Positions 1 through 11,815 of a DNA stretch of 64,000 nucleotides are shown here, one piece after another; positions within the stretch are counted from its first letter, which is position 1, and the number at the start of each line of letters is the position of its first letter. Under the pieces are notes generated by a model. It did not search any database and was not told where the DNA came from. It saw nothing but the letters and a program-made list of their open reading frames with translations. This DNA is from Podarcis erhardii (lineage: Eukaryota): the NCBI GenBank assembly GCA_964252035.1, contig OZ176211.1; one strand, written 5' to 3'. The position numbers and the translations under genes were made by a program.

Positions 1-957
1 CTTTCTTTGAAATCGAGCAATATGTTTAGGACCTTGTCCAAAGGGGTTGGGGTGGGGGAGATCTGTACCTTATAAGAATTTATTAAGTTTTAATTTGCCA
101 CAGAGTTAATTTTTACTGATTTGTGGACTGTATGCTGCTCAACATACAAATGGAATACCACCTAGTGTGTGCCACCTGTCTTATTTTAACAGGTTGTCTA
201 GTTAGCACAGCACACTATGAACACTTCTGAGCATAGACTGCACTTTCATTTCAGTGAAGCTAGCAGCTCTCATGAAGTATATAATCCAACAAAACAATGG
301 CTATCAGCTGTACTGTGTTCATACAGAAAGAAAGCTGTGGGTGGAAGTTACAGCGCCAATTCAAGGAATTTGAATCTGTCCTAATATTTACTGTACCTTA
401 TTTTCAAAGAATTGAGCAGATTATATCCAGATGTGGAACGCTATGGTATCCAGAATAGAAAATTGGGAGGAGTTCTTGTGGGCAGTGATTTTACTCTGCA
501 GATCATTCAAAAGCCATATACTATAAATAGTCTGGGAAGCATTCAGATTATATGAATTGCACTGTGGCTTTCTTCCAACTTTTTCTGCTCGAGGCTATGT
601 GCCTCTCAGCAATTAAATCATTGCTTTTGGTATTTTAGTTTGGAGTAAAGGTGATGGATTTATTTTTATATTATTATGGCTGCTTCCCTCTTTGAATGGC
701 AGTGCAGTGCTGTACCAAATCTTGACGCTCCTAAGTAAACCATCTAGGAACATTCTGGTAAAATAAGAAACATTTCAAATGAAAATATAGAGGTGATATT
801 TATAGATGTAAAATATTTTATTTGTAAATGCTGATCTTCTAAATCTGTTTCCACAAATTTCAAAGCCCATAACACTCTGTATACTTCAAAAATTCATTTT
901 TTGCCAACATTAGATAACTATAATACAGAACAGAAAAAACCTGTAGGACAAATACTG

Positions 958-1097
958 NNNNNNNNNNNNNNNNNNNNNNNNNNNNNNNNNNNNNNNNNNN
1001 NNNNNNNNNNNNNNNNNNNNNNNNNNNNNNNNNNNNNNNNNNNNNNNNNNNNNNNNNNNNNNNNNNNNNNNNNNNNNNNNNNNNNNNNNNNNNNNNN
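958..1097. other. Assembly gap (140 N)
   Basis: Run of n characters. Confidence 1.
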
Positions 1098-1215
1098 AGA
1101 ACTGTAGCACTGAATATATCAACAGTTTTACAGTCCACTTTCGCTGTGCACACAAAAAACTTCATTTTTTTAATATTTAGACTGTGAAGTGTCAGTACCA
1201 GAATTTAAAGTACAA

Positions 1216-1221
1216 AATAAA
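1216..1221 (+). terminator. Candidate plus-strand polyadenylation signal of a convergent transcript
   Basis: AATAAA in A-rich context with tgttgattaggtttc about 20-30 nt downstream; no gene identified. Confidence 0.35.
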
Positions 1222-1259
1222 AAAACTAACCTGCTTCAAAATGTTGATTAGGTTTCTAC

Positions 1260-2652
1260 AAGCAAACACAAACAGTGTTTTATTTTTTTAAAGAAATGTA
1301 AACAAAACAATCCATACAAACACATTTTTTTAAATTACATTTTCCAAAACCCTATTGCCAGAGTCCTGCAGCTGAAAGCACAATTACACCTAATTTTTTC
1401 TTTGTTTTTACTTTTAAAGAAGGCAGCTATTGTATTAGACTTACGCTCTCACTACACATTTCTATTTTCATTACATGATTTAGTGTAAGCTGAACAGTTC
1501 ATGTAATCCCCACTACTTTTTTCTGGAAAAGAAAATCAATGTTCAGCTTCTATTTTGGGTGGTTTTAGCAGTTATTCACAGTTATCACAAATTCTAAGCA
1601 CAAAAAACCTGATTTAAGAAATAGGGATGTAACAATATAATACAAATAAAATAAATCAGTCTAAATTTCCTCAGACATCTACAAAAGTCATAGTTGTAAT
1701 ATACATGCTCTCTACCAGTCTTAATGGTTACTTAAAAAAGTTATTAATAGAGCACAGTTGAGCCTGCTTTAAAGATTAAAAAAATAAAGTAAAACCTCTC
1801 TTTAAATTGAGATTTTGGTTATTCCATAACAATTGTAATGGCATTTTTAATACATGAGATCATATTGTAACATCCCTATCAAAGTTTTATAATAAGCACC
1901 CGAACTGCTGCAAAGTCTGGTAGCATTTGGTCAATTACTATTTTTTTATACTGTACTTTATTCCTCAAAATATTTACACTTTTGTACAAAGTAACAGGGT
2001 TTGTTAGTTCTGCAGGTAACAGCAGCAGCTTGGCTTCTAACTTTTCCTTTTAAAAATAGCTTCATTCACTTATTTCAATAATAAATACAAAAAGTTTCTC
2101 TTATTTTACAGAAATCAAAAACTACAATAAACTGACTCATGGAATCAAGTATTTTAAATGTATTTTAGTGCAAGTTATTTCCCTTAGCTCTATCCCTAAG
2201 GAAGTCATTTCAGTACATTCCTTGTTCAGTGGTGTCTACTTTTATTTATTTTTCTGTATTTAGAGGGCCTGCCCCTTTAATAAGTAAGGCTGTGGCCAGC
2301 ACTTTGGACGTCTCCCTTTCGCTGGTGATTTCAGTCTACATTCATTGATGCCCCACTGCCCTTTTGCAGTTCAGCCATAGCTTCTCTGCCCAAGTTCAAC
2401 GATTTCTCCTTATAAGTTCATAAAATCAAAAGTGCTGGACTGGTTTGGAGATCAGTTTCACCTCTGTGTGCCTTGGACATCAGGCAACAACTCCATATTC
2501 TGCCAGCTTGCTTCACACTGGTGTAGAATACAACTTTCAGAAGTGATTGCTTTCACACCCACCCACCCCCACCCCCACCCCATAAAAATCAAAAAAATCA
2601 AAATCACTTCTTCCTTGGGACAAGCAACCCCTGGAGACAGCAAGGAATGCAT
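1260..2652 (-). other. KMT2C: KMT2C 3'UTR (distal end approximate)
   Basis: AU-rich, repeat-free sequence after the stop codon. It contains AATAAA hexamers at 2250-2241, 1962-1957 and 1283-1278, and a PUM-type TGTAAATA at 1978-1971. Confidence 0.75.
1278..1283 (-). terminator. Probable distal KMT2C polyadenylation signal
   Basis: AATAAA followed by a GU/U-rich tract (actgtttgtgtttg) on the minus strand. Confidence 0.65.
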
Positions 2653-2745
2653 CTAGTTCATCCATTTTCGGCAGTTTACAGCTCCACAGTGACATGGAAT
2701 CTTGTGCTGGTCATCTTCAAAATCAAACTTATAGTCATAACAGAG
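2653..2745 (-). CDS. KMT2C: KMT2C last coding exon ~59 (end of SET, post-SET, stop)
   Basis: [30 protein letters not shown]; TAG at 2655-2653. Confidence 0.98.
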   Translation of the reverse strand, partial: LCYDYKFDFEDDQHKIPCHCGAVNCRKWMN

Positions 2746-2984
2746 CTGAAAGAAAGGGACTGCCAGTTAGGTTTGGTGTTTGCAAAATCAAGAACAACTA
2801 CTCACCTCATATATACATGGACACGTTCTCAATTTCATATGTTGTTGGATTTTAAGTTGCTAACATTGATTATGGATGGAAGAAGCAGCTTCTTGCAAGG
2901 TGAACTATGCCTAGGGTGCTAAAGTTCAGCCTCGTTGAATCAATATAGTGGCAAATGCTATATTCATCTGTAATGTGATAATGG

Positions 2985-3060
2985 GCTGAGTAGCCCAGAA
3001 TGGCTGGGGCAACCATTTCAGATGGGTGGGGTATAAATAATAAATTCTTCTTATATTATT
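2985..3060 (+). mobile_element. Decayed L2-family 3' tail in the last intron
   Basis: gcccagaatggctggggcaacc...agatgggtggggtataaataataaa. Confidence 0.6.
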
Positions 3061-3822
3061 AATATCCTGAAATGGTGTTGCAGATTAAGGGTTGGTTTAG
3101 GAGATACCCCATTTCGGTAACCAGTCTAACCAGCTCATTGTGGCTGTTTTTATTTGCCAGAGTTCTTGCTACTGAAAATATAGTGCAGAATCAAATGTGC
3201 TGATTGAGGTGCAAGAATGTTTGGAAGCATACACCTGAAAAGCCTTTATCTGTTGCTATCAAAGTAACTTTCCACGTTGGGGGCAAATACATCTCCACAT
3301 GAAACGGTCTGCATGCTGCCCAAGAACTCTACAACACTGCTGTGTGCATTTGAATGGGCTCCAAAACAGTTACACCAGAATGAATTTTTTTTTTAAGTAG
3401 TAGTTTTCCAATATCCTATTTAGTGTGACATTTCAGCATACAAAGCAATGTTTTACATTCTGCACACTTCTATATGTGTACTTGCAGAAGTAAGCCCTGT
3501 TGAGTTCAATGAAAGTTACTCCCAGGTATGTGGGTAGAGGAAAGTGGTAAATGTTAAACAGCTTTACAGTATAAACAAACTTTAACAGGGCATTCTTCAG
3601 AATGGCTTCTAATAGATTGCCTAAAATGCTAAGCAGTGCATGGGAAAAAATACAAGGGGGTGAGACTGTCCAGTTGACGAATCAACAGAAAATAAATAAA
3701 TCATGGTACTTAAAAAAGAAGCAAGTGCTGAAACATTTTTGTAACTAGGAATTTTAGAAAGAAGAAATTGAGCATATTCTACAAATAAAGGTTTAAGCTA
3801 CTAGAAGCTATGCAAATCCTAC

Positions 3823-3931
3823 CTCTTCTCCCTTCTGGATTCTCCTGCTAGAGCTAATGATGATCTTATGTCCCCTTTCAAAGGTTACCACCTCAGCCAC
3901 ACAGTTTGGTGCACAGGAATGGTTAATATAC
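3823..3931 (-). CDS. KMT2C: KMT2C exon ~58 (SET catalytic NHSC motif)
   Basis: (R)YINHSCAPNCVAEVVTFERGHKIIISSSRRIQKGEE; 109 nt. Confidence 0.98.
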
Positions 3932-4269
3932 CTACAAGGGGTGGGGGGTTGGGAAAACAGGAGAAATCCAGGCACATGTTTTAAAGTGTTGAGGAAGCAA
4001 ACTGATTTTACTGTAAAATATATATCTACAACCTCTGATCTTTGCCCAGGAAAAAATAAAGTTCAAAAAGTGCTCTATTGCTGGACATCTGCTTTGAGAG
4101 CACAAATCAAGGCTACAGTAAATTAATAAGACAGTTGAATGCGCCAACTTAGAGAATAAAGGCAATTGCGGAAGAACACTTCCAGTAGAACTCCTCAGGA
4201 AAGAGCCAGCAAAGAGAACATGGCTGGCATCCAAAAATGAGATCACCATTCCTCTCAAGAGCCACCCAC

Positions 4270-4343
4270 CTTGCAGGACCTCCTGTCAATGTGGCATCAA
4301 TGACATGGTCATTGTCAATGCGGAACATGTACACTCCGCGATT
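4270..4343 (-). CDS. KMT2C: KMT2C exon ~57 (SET)
   Basis: NRGVYMFRIDNDHVIDATLTGGPA; 74 nt. Confidence 0.98.
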
Positions 4344-4632
4344 CTGCGAGGAGGGAAGCAGAGAGAAAATGCTGTCAGATCTGTACAAGAAGAGTCAATC
4401 ATTCAAACAAAAGGAGTGACACACGGTTCAAAGTGTTTTTCAGATTCATAATGAGAGACAACCCATTGGCATACTGTGGGAGACTTGGGTATATTTATAC
4501 CCAACACAGAAAGCAGAGCATGCTTACTAGTATTTTGTGACTAGATGTATTGAATAGAAAAGGCAACCTAGAAGGTCCTTTAGAGACAGGCTCAGACACG
4601 GCCACAAACTAATAGTCTCAGTCAGTCTAAAT

Positions 4633-4831
4633 CAGGCATGTCCAACTTCCAAGAGACTGCGATCTACTCCCACTATAAAAAAAACTGGCAGTGATTTACC
4701 CATTGGATTGACCAAAGTTGTTGAACTTTTTTTAGGAGAGCAAAAGTTTTTTTTGGGGGGGGGTGGGGAGATCGACCAGGGATGCCCAGTGATCGACTGG
4801 TAGATTGCAATTGACCTGTTGGACATGCCTG
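4633..4831. mobile_element. hAT-type MITE
   Basis: TIRs caggcatgtccaac / gttggacatgcctg; 8-bp TSD gtctaaat / ctctaaat. Confidence 0.85.
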
Positions 4832-5164
4832 CTCTAAATGAATTCACATTCTCACACAATCTGTACCTATAGTCACTGGATGGTTGTGGGGACATGGGCC
4901 CGGATATCGGTTCATACATTTTTCACACACAATGTTTATGAACACAGTGAACATCTGCTAATACTTGGAGCCATTTTTAAAAATTCTCCGGAAAGACCAG
5001 GTGCTCCTGCTATCTGGAGACACAGTTCTGAGTGCTTTCACATCCAAGCTGTAATACATGTCAGCATTCACAACGCTATAGCTGTTTGCTCTGGAGAAGA
5101 GCTCACACATTTTTGACTATCTTACATGAGTTCTTGAAACAGGTTAAGTTGCCTTATGTAATAC

Positions 5165-5281
5165 CTGAGATTCATAAAGCTTCTCTTTCCTGTTGGCTAC
5201 CTCATTGCGGATGATGGTTCCAATATATTCAATGACCATGGTGTGCTTTTCAATGTCTCTAGCAGCATATAAGCCCAGGCC
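5165..5281 (-). CDS. KMT2C: KMT2C exon ~56 (SET)
   Basis: GLGLYAARDIEKHTMVIEYIGTIIRNEVANRKEKLYESQ; 117 nt. Confidence 0.98.
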
Positions 5282-6778
5282 CTACAAAGAATAGTAGATG
5301 CTTTAGGAATATCTCAGTACCAGAGTGTACAACCTGAACACTATGTTGGTGTAGTTTAGCATTAGGGTACAAGAACTGGTGCTTTTTAGCAAACTTACAG
5401 TCAATCCTATACATGTTTACTCAGAAGTATGTCCCTCTGTGTTCAATGGAGATTATTCCCATTTAAGGGAGTAGCTCAAATCAGCAAGGAGAAAAATAAC
5501 ACTAACATAGCCCACCAGTACACAAGTGCTATTCAGACCTTAATGTAAATTGCATGTAGTCTTTTAGGCAAGAAACCTCACAAGTGGCTTATATGAGCCA
5601 CAATAAATAAAATTAATAAAATACAGGATCACAAATATATCACATATATAAAACAGCCCTGAAAAACAGCTGCATGTCCAGCAACAGGCAAGCATAATAT
5701 GATTAATATCAGCCAAAACATTTAAACAATTTCAAATCAGTGGGACCATAACTTGAAATTAATGGGCTTTGGAAGGCCTGCAGTTGGGAAGGAGCCATTG
5801 GGATGAAGTTCCACAAGTGCAGGGCTAGCACCATAAAGGCCCTATTCTTTATGCCCACCAGTCTGATTGATCTTACAGGCAGGCCTTACAGCAGGGTCTC
5901 CACAGTAGATCTCTGGGCCCCGGCAAGTATGAAGGGCTCCTTTCTCCTTTAAAGATCAACACCAGTATATTAAATTTATTGATGATAATATATTTTACCA
6001 GCCATCTGGCCCACATTGATAGACACATTTTTCACCAACGGAAATGTTCTAGCAATCTTCAAAGGCAGCCCTATATGCAATAGCAAAGTCAAAATGTCAC
6101 TAGTTCATGAATAACAGAAGTCAGGTCCACTGTCTACATAATTGGGGCTCCTCTCTTGTGGAGCCAATCATCTACCAGCCAAGCAAGTTTAGCAGCAGGC
6201 CAAGATGAGCAAGGCAGACTACTCTGTCCACCCCTTTTGTGACCTAACAAACCCCAAACTCCCAAATTAACTAACACATCAACAGCAAATATGCAGATAG
6301 AAGGCCAGTAGTGGTGGTGATAGTATATTTCATAGACTGTCACATGTACAGCTTATCTGCATATTGGACAGATGTTTGTTCCCTTGAGAGCAAGATGGCT
6401 GACTTGGAGAAACTATATTTCAAGCAGCACACATTTTCCCCAAAGATATTAGAAAACCGTTTGGATTCATCATCCTCTGGAAGCAAACCATTAGTGCTGA
6501 CCCTCCACCACTGTGAAGGTTACAAGAAGCCTGAAGGTCAAATGTGATCAGCTAATGATCAGATCATGACAATGAAGCCATTACTAGCTCCTCTTCCCAC
6601 AGAGAATTTCCCCCTAGCCCAGTACAGAACACCAAAGTATGCTATACCACTTACATTGAGCCTGATTTTAATCTGAGCCGGACCATGGCTTCATATTGTT
6701 TTCATGGCTGATTGGAAGAGACAGTGGCAAAATTTTAAAAGACTGAATGCATTGCACAGCAAAGTTGTTGCAACTGAC

Positions 6779-6947
6779 CTGAATACGTGAGCGTGCCAAA
6801 TAGACGTTGGATTTCCATTCGGTCTTCATTTTTCGGTACTGAGAGGACTTTGAATGAACAAACTGTTTACTGTAAGGTGCATTCAGTTCTCCTGTAACTG
6901 TGCTCTGAAATGACTTTGAAGTGCTGGTGCTATTTAAGGTATGAGGC
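6779..6947 (-). CDS. KMT2C: KMT2C exon ~55 (pre-SET, start of SET)
   Basis: (R)PHTLNSTSTSKSFQ...SSQYRKMKTEWKSNVYLARSRIQ; 169 nt. Confidence 0.97.
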
Positions 6948-7227
6948 CTGCAGTAGTGGGTCATATAACAGAAGAGACAAAGAAGGAAAACTGAAGATCT
7001 CTCTGAATTTTATGACATTTAGAGGTTGTTGTTTTTTAAAAAAAACAAACTCAAAGACAGACAAACATCCAAAGCCAGCTAGCAGAGACAACAGAGCAGC
7101 TCCCCTGGCTCAGACATGCACATACACAGCCAACAACAACAGGGTTTGTAAGCAGCACACAGAAGCACAGGTATCCTACGCAGCCTATAAACCCTGGGCT
7201 GTACTATGTGAATTTAAAAGAAAATAC

Positions 7228-7370
7228 CTTAACACAAACCTCTTGACATGGCTGCTCATTTTTGGCTCAGAGCGGGCGCAGCCTGTGGGGTTGATGGCAA
7301 GAGGAAGTTCCATGAGGGGGTTTCGGCCATACCGGAAGGTGTAATGTTCACAAGCCTCAACCCCAGGAAG
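7228..7370 (-). CDS. KMT2C: KMT2C exon ~54 (contains WDR5-interacting Win motif)
   Basis: LPGVEACEHYTFRYGRNPLMELPLAINPTGCARSEPKMSSHVKRFVL; 143 nt; alternative donor at 7240. Confidence 0.96.
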
Positions 7371-8028
7371 CTGTAAACACACCAAGGAGTCACATGTCAG
7401 TGCAGTTGCAGAACAGCCAAAGAAATGTTCTCTGATTCAGGAATAGGTTTAGGAATTAGAATAGCACACACACAGAGAGACAACACTCAGTGAAGTGCTT
7501 TACAAAACTGCTTTCTTTTTCCTTCTTGCTTTTCTTTAAGAGCACAGATCCTCAAACCGATTGCACAAACCCAACCCTGCCTTTTCTATCCTAGCCTGCA
7601 ATACTCAATAAGCCCCTGGGTGCTTTGCCCACTCACATAGTATCTACTAATGCATACTTCTACCTGCAAAACCTGCTGCCCTAAGTGTTGGAAAGAGGTG
7701 GGGTGGGCGGGCAGACAGGCAATTACAATACCCCACATCAAACCATTGTTTCCTGTTTCTAAACCTCTGAAAGTGAGCCTATAACCCTGGCCAAAAGGCC
7801 TGCTTCAGGGCTTTCCATTGACTAAATTTTAATGCTAGTTATGGCACAGCATTCTATACCAGAACCATTTCTTCCTTCAGACTCTATGACAAGTTTTCAA
7901 TATGTAAGAGCCTGGACACATGCTACACGCATTGCATAAAAAAAGTGCCGTGTCTAAGACAGACAATGATTTACTACTAAAGAGTAACAAGCCCAGAACC
8001 GGCCTAGTACAGCTGCATGACCTCTTAC

Positions 8029-8165
8029 CGATTCAGCAATCCTAGCCACTGCAGAGACAGTCAAACCAAAAAGGTCTTCACCCTTTAGATATGCAGGGAA
8101 TAGCTGCAGCATTTCAGAACTCCTCCTTACTGAAGCAACAGGCTCTAGGATTTTATCCCAAACAC
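8029..8165 (-). CDS. KMT2C: KMT2C exon ~53 (FYRC)
   Basis: (G)VWDKILEPV...LKGEDLFGLTVSAVARIAES; 137 nt. Confidence 0.97.
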
Positions 8166-8626
8166 CTGCATAGGATAAATATTACAGTGAATCACAAAAT
8201 AAATGCAAGAGAAAAAATAAATCACCACAATAAATTTGTTTAAAGTCATATCTACTTTGGATGTAACACTAGGATTACTCTAAAATACTAAGGGGCAGAT
8301 TGTGTTTTTAGGATTCTACTGCTCCCAAGATGAATTCTTTACATCAATATCACTTCTGCATGGAAAACCATGTATACTTTGAATACTGACTGTCCTATAT
8401 GATGAACACAGCACGCACACATGGCAAAATAGTATGGAGATCATCACATATAATACTGACATGGGTACTCACCATTTGCTACAAAGAAGTCAGCTGTGCA
8501 TTGACGAGTTAGCAATGCAATAGGCCTAATGGCTTCCAGTAACCAGTCAGAAATATCAAATGAACGTAAACAATGAAATGCACATCTAGCAGTTAGGCCA
8601 AAGACTTTCACACGATTCAGTGTTAC

Positions 8627-9746
8627 CTTTAGGGGTTGAGTCCGTAAGAACCAGGTCTTCATGGCCTTGCTCAATGATCCTGATCACAAAGAGGGGAAGA
8701 CCATCCTTCTCTTCAATGGAACACAGGTAGCGACACCTGCGGTTGGCATAGCGTGTGCTCCAATACAACCGGCTGGCCTCGTAACCCACAGGGTAGAGCA
8801 CCTTTGAAGAATGGAAGGCCTGCATCTGGTGTGGCAGCAGCTGGCCAATGGTGTGGAAGATGAGGCTCCCCACCCGGAAGGTGTGCTCACGATCCCCCCG
8901 TTGGACTATGCTGGCAATTTGTCGGACTTCATCCCGCTGGACGTATACCCGCCTGAAGACTGCAAAATAGCTGAGTTCTTGCTCGTGAGCGCCCTTTGGT
9001 TTGTGCATAGGGCAAAGCATAGTTTTGTCTTTAAAAAACATGCATTGTGCTTTAATGGCGCAGGTAAAGTGATAAATATTGGTGCACCTCAACCTGTGAC
9101 AGCCGCTGGTGGCGCCCATTTTGTGACAGAACATGCATTTCATCTGCAAGCCCCTTCGCAGGGCGAGCTCCACGTTGATTAAGGCACCAGCTTGTGTCTC
9201 ATAGACCTCAGTAGACCAAAGAGCACAGTTCAAGTGGACCCAAACATCTAAGTCAAGGTTTAGAAGTCTTGCTGGTCCATCTGTTAGCCCATCGCCCTCC
9301 TCATGACAGAAACAACACTTTCGGTAGTCCTTCGGCACTGGATCAGGTTTAATGGTTGTGCCCAGCTTTTTGAGGAACTCATCTATCTCCTCATCACAAG
9401 GAGGTTTGAATGTTCCTTTAGGAATCACAATCTGTATGTTCCACTTTTTCCACTTCATTCCTTTCCATTTCTTACTTACTGGTCGACAGTCATCCAGACC
9501 ATTCGGTATAGTTCTCAGACGGGGTTTTAGCTTCACTGTTACCTTAAGCTCATCTGGTTTTGGCTCGACTCTGGCTGCTTCAAAAGCAGGAGGGAAGGTG
9601 ATAAGGGGCGAGGAAGGCGGAGAAATCTTTTCCTGTAGCTGAGGCAGGCAGTGCACATCTAACGTAGAGATGTTGTTGTTATACTGATGGAACACTTTGG
9701 GGGCTGCCTCCTTCAATGTAAACTGTGGCAAGGTTGGAATTGATTC
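8627..9746 (-). CDS. KMT2C: KMT2C exon ~52 (extended PHD, FYRN, start of FYRC)
   Basis: ESIPTLPQ...RKCCFCHEEGDGLTDGPARLL...GYEASRLYWSTR...DSTPK; 1120 nt. Confidence 0.98.
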
Positions 9747-10618
9747 CTGAGAAATAATAAAGCAATTAAATATGGAATGAAGGAAAACATGTTTGGTCAA
9801 TATTATTTCAAAGTGAGATGCCTATGATGTATTATGGTAGTTATGAATGCATGAACCAGCAGCATCCTATTTTACTTGCAGAGGAAACCTTACTATCTTC
9901 CTGGTGCTGTGTCTTCCCAGGCAGTGTGGTAGACTAGTAAGACTAATAATAATAGTAAATGCTTAGAAGACATGTGCTAGGAATTTATAAACTTAAGGCT
10001 GATTTACTTGCAGGTAAGTATGCCGGCTTGATGTTTGCAATGATATACTTCTCCACTTACAAGCAAATTTATTCATGAGCAGGCACATCAGATTGCAATT
10101 TTAAGCATAAAGTTTTAACAGAACAAAGTTACCTAGGATTCCTGAATCAAAGTTAGTGAGTTATTGATACTCCAGGGAGACAACCTGAAAATGATATCAT
10201 AAAACACCACCCAAGATAAGATTCTGATGGCACCAAATATTCTGAATGTATCATGGGACGTATCATGCATATGTATGTCACTGAATGATGGCTAGAATGC
10301 ACTGGGAATATCTGCTGCATGTGTTACCTGCCGCTTCAAATGATGCCAGCACAGGAAAAACACTTAATAGATTGTACCCTCTATTGCAACAAAACTGAAA
10401 TTTTTGGGACAGGTACTGATTTAATTTTCTAGAGTTAACTGAGATGAAAGCTACTCTTCGTTTACACTAAAGATGGATCTTGCAAACATTTTTTTTAAAA
10501 AAAAATCAGAATACAGTATTCCATCTAGCTTCAGAATTTTGAAAGAAACTGAATCACTGTATATATTTCAATTAATATTTATTGTGTATTTTATTAATGC
10601 AGCAGCACTGGGAATTAC

Positions 10619-10726
10619 CTTGCTTTCTGAGCTTTTAGCTTGCATGGATGCTGAATAAAGAACAAAGCAGTTGTTGCTACAGAAGACAATGTCTTTCTCC
10701 ATTCTTTCAGACTTCTCTCTAGAATC
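10619..10726 (-). CDS. KMT2C: KMT2C exon ~51
   Basis: DSREKSERMEKDIVFCSNNCFVLYSASMQAKSSESK; 108 nt. Confidence 0.95.
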
Positions 10727-11084
10727 CTGGAAATAATAAGCCAAAGAGCGTAAACATGAACTTCAGGGAATTTCATTTTTAGTACATTTAGTAAATTAGA
10801 AAAACCAAGCTGCCCATTACTTGTAGAAACCTTTTCTTATGTTAATACAAAAACTTGGAGAACAAATCCTATTCAGAATGAACTAGGGAAAGCATTCACT
10901 TATGTTGCTAGTAATGTCAATGTGTTTATAACTTAAGACTTTGCTAATTACATAAATGTGAGTTGATGAAATACCGTATTTTTCTGTGTATAAGACACCC
11001 CCCATGAATAAGACAGCCCCCCCTTTTTTAACCCAAAATTTAAAAAATCAGTATTTGAAACATCAAACAAAACAACTTTCTTTC

Positions 11085-11188
11085 AAAATAAAATAAAATA
11101 ATAAGGAAATTGTCCAGTAGCACCATAGAGACCAACTAAGTTTGTTCTGGGTATAAGCTTTTGTGTGCATGCACACTTCTTCATATAC
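11085..11188 (-). mobile_element. Decayed copy of the same Penelope-like element, hammerhead core mutated
   Basis: ccagtagcaccatagagaccaactaag...gtgtgcatgcacacttcttcatatac; CUGA changed to AUGA and GAAA to AAAA. Confidence 0.72.
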
Positions 11189-11677
11189 TTTCTTTCAGTT
11201 AGAGTGACAGGGGGAGCTTTTTTGGGGAGATCACCTTCAGACCCAGGCAAAAAGTGTGCAGGATCAAAATGAGCTGGCACGTAGAAGAGAGGGGGCCAGT
11301 CTGTTGCCGTCAAGCTCTTCGCAGCCTAAGCCACAACCTGCCCAATCCTGCTCTGCCTAGAGACTGTGGCAGCAGCAAAAGCAGCAATGTCCAGGTTCCA
11401 GAATCAGAGCTGCTGTAGCTGGGAGTAGATCCAGGGGCTTTCACATGCCAGTCACCTCTCCATGGACTAGGCAAGGTGAAGCAGGCAGGTGCCAGAACCG
11501 GAGGAGCCGCCTGCTCCCCTCCCCAAATAACAACTTCAGTGCACCACTGACGTCACCAAACTTTGGCAGAGAAGGTTGGGCCCAAGTTTTGGAAGGCAGG
11601 AGGGGCAGCAGAGCAGAGCCTTCCGCACAGGGTGACAAGGCGTCCTCTTCAGCACTGCACTAGAGGAGCTTCGACAG

Positions 11678-11815
11678 CAGCCTTTCTCAACCTGTGGGTC
11701 CCGAGATGTTGTTGCACTACAACTCCCATCACCCCTAGCTAGGAAGGCCAGAGCTCAGGGGTGGTGGGAATTGTAGTCCAACAACATCTGGCGACCCACA
11801 GGTTGAGAACCACTG
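11678..11815. mobile_element. Small palindromic hAT-type MITE nested in the mariner element
   Basis: cagcctttctcaacctgtgggtc...gacccacaggttgagaaccactg; TSD ttcgacag / ttctacag. Confidence 0.8.

Noticed and set aside
1-957. GALNT11 last exon, expected from mammalian synteny
   Set aside because: No ricin-lectin C-terminal peptide recognisable in any plus-strand frame
860-1165. Three ORF-track entries spanning the N run
   Set aside because: Open only because the 140 unknown bases hide stop codons
8684-9642. Overlapping alternative-frame and antisense ORFs within large exons (also at 22372-24092, 29599-31600 and 33343-33588)
   Set aside because: Expected by-products of long, GC-richer coding exons; no independent signals or recognisable products
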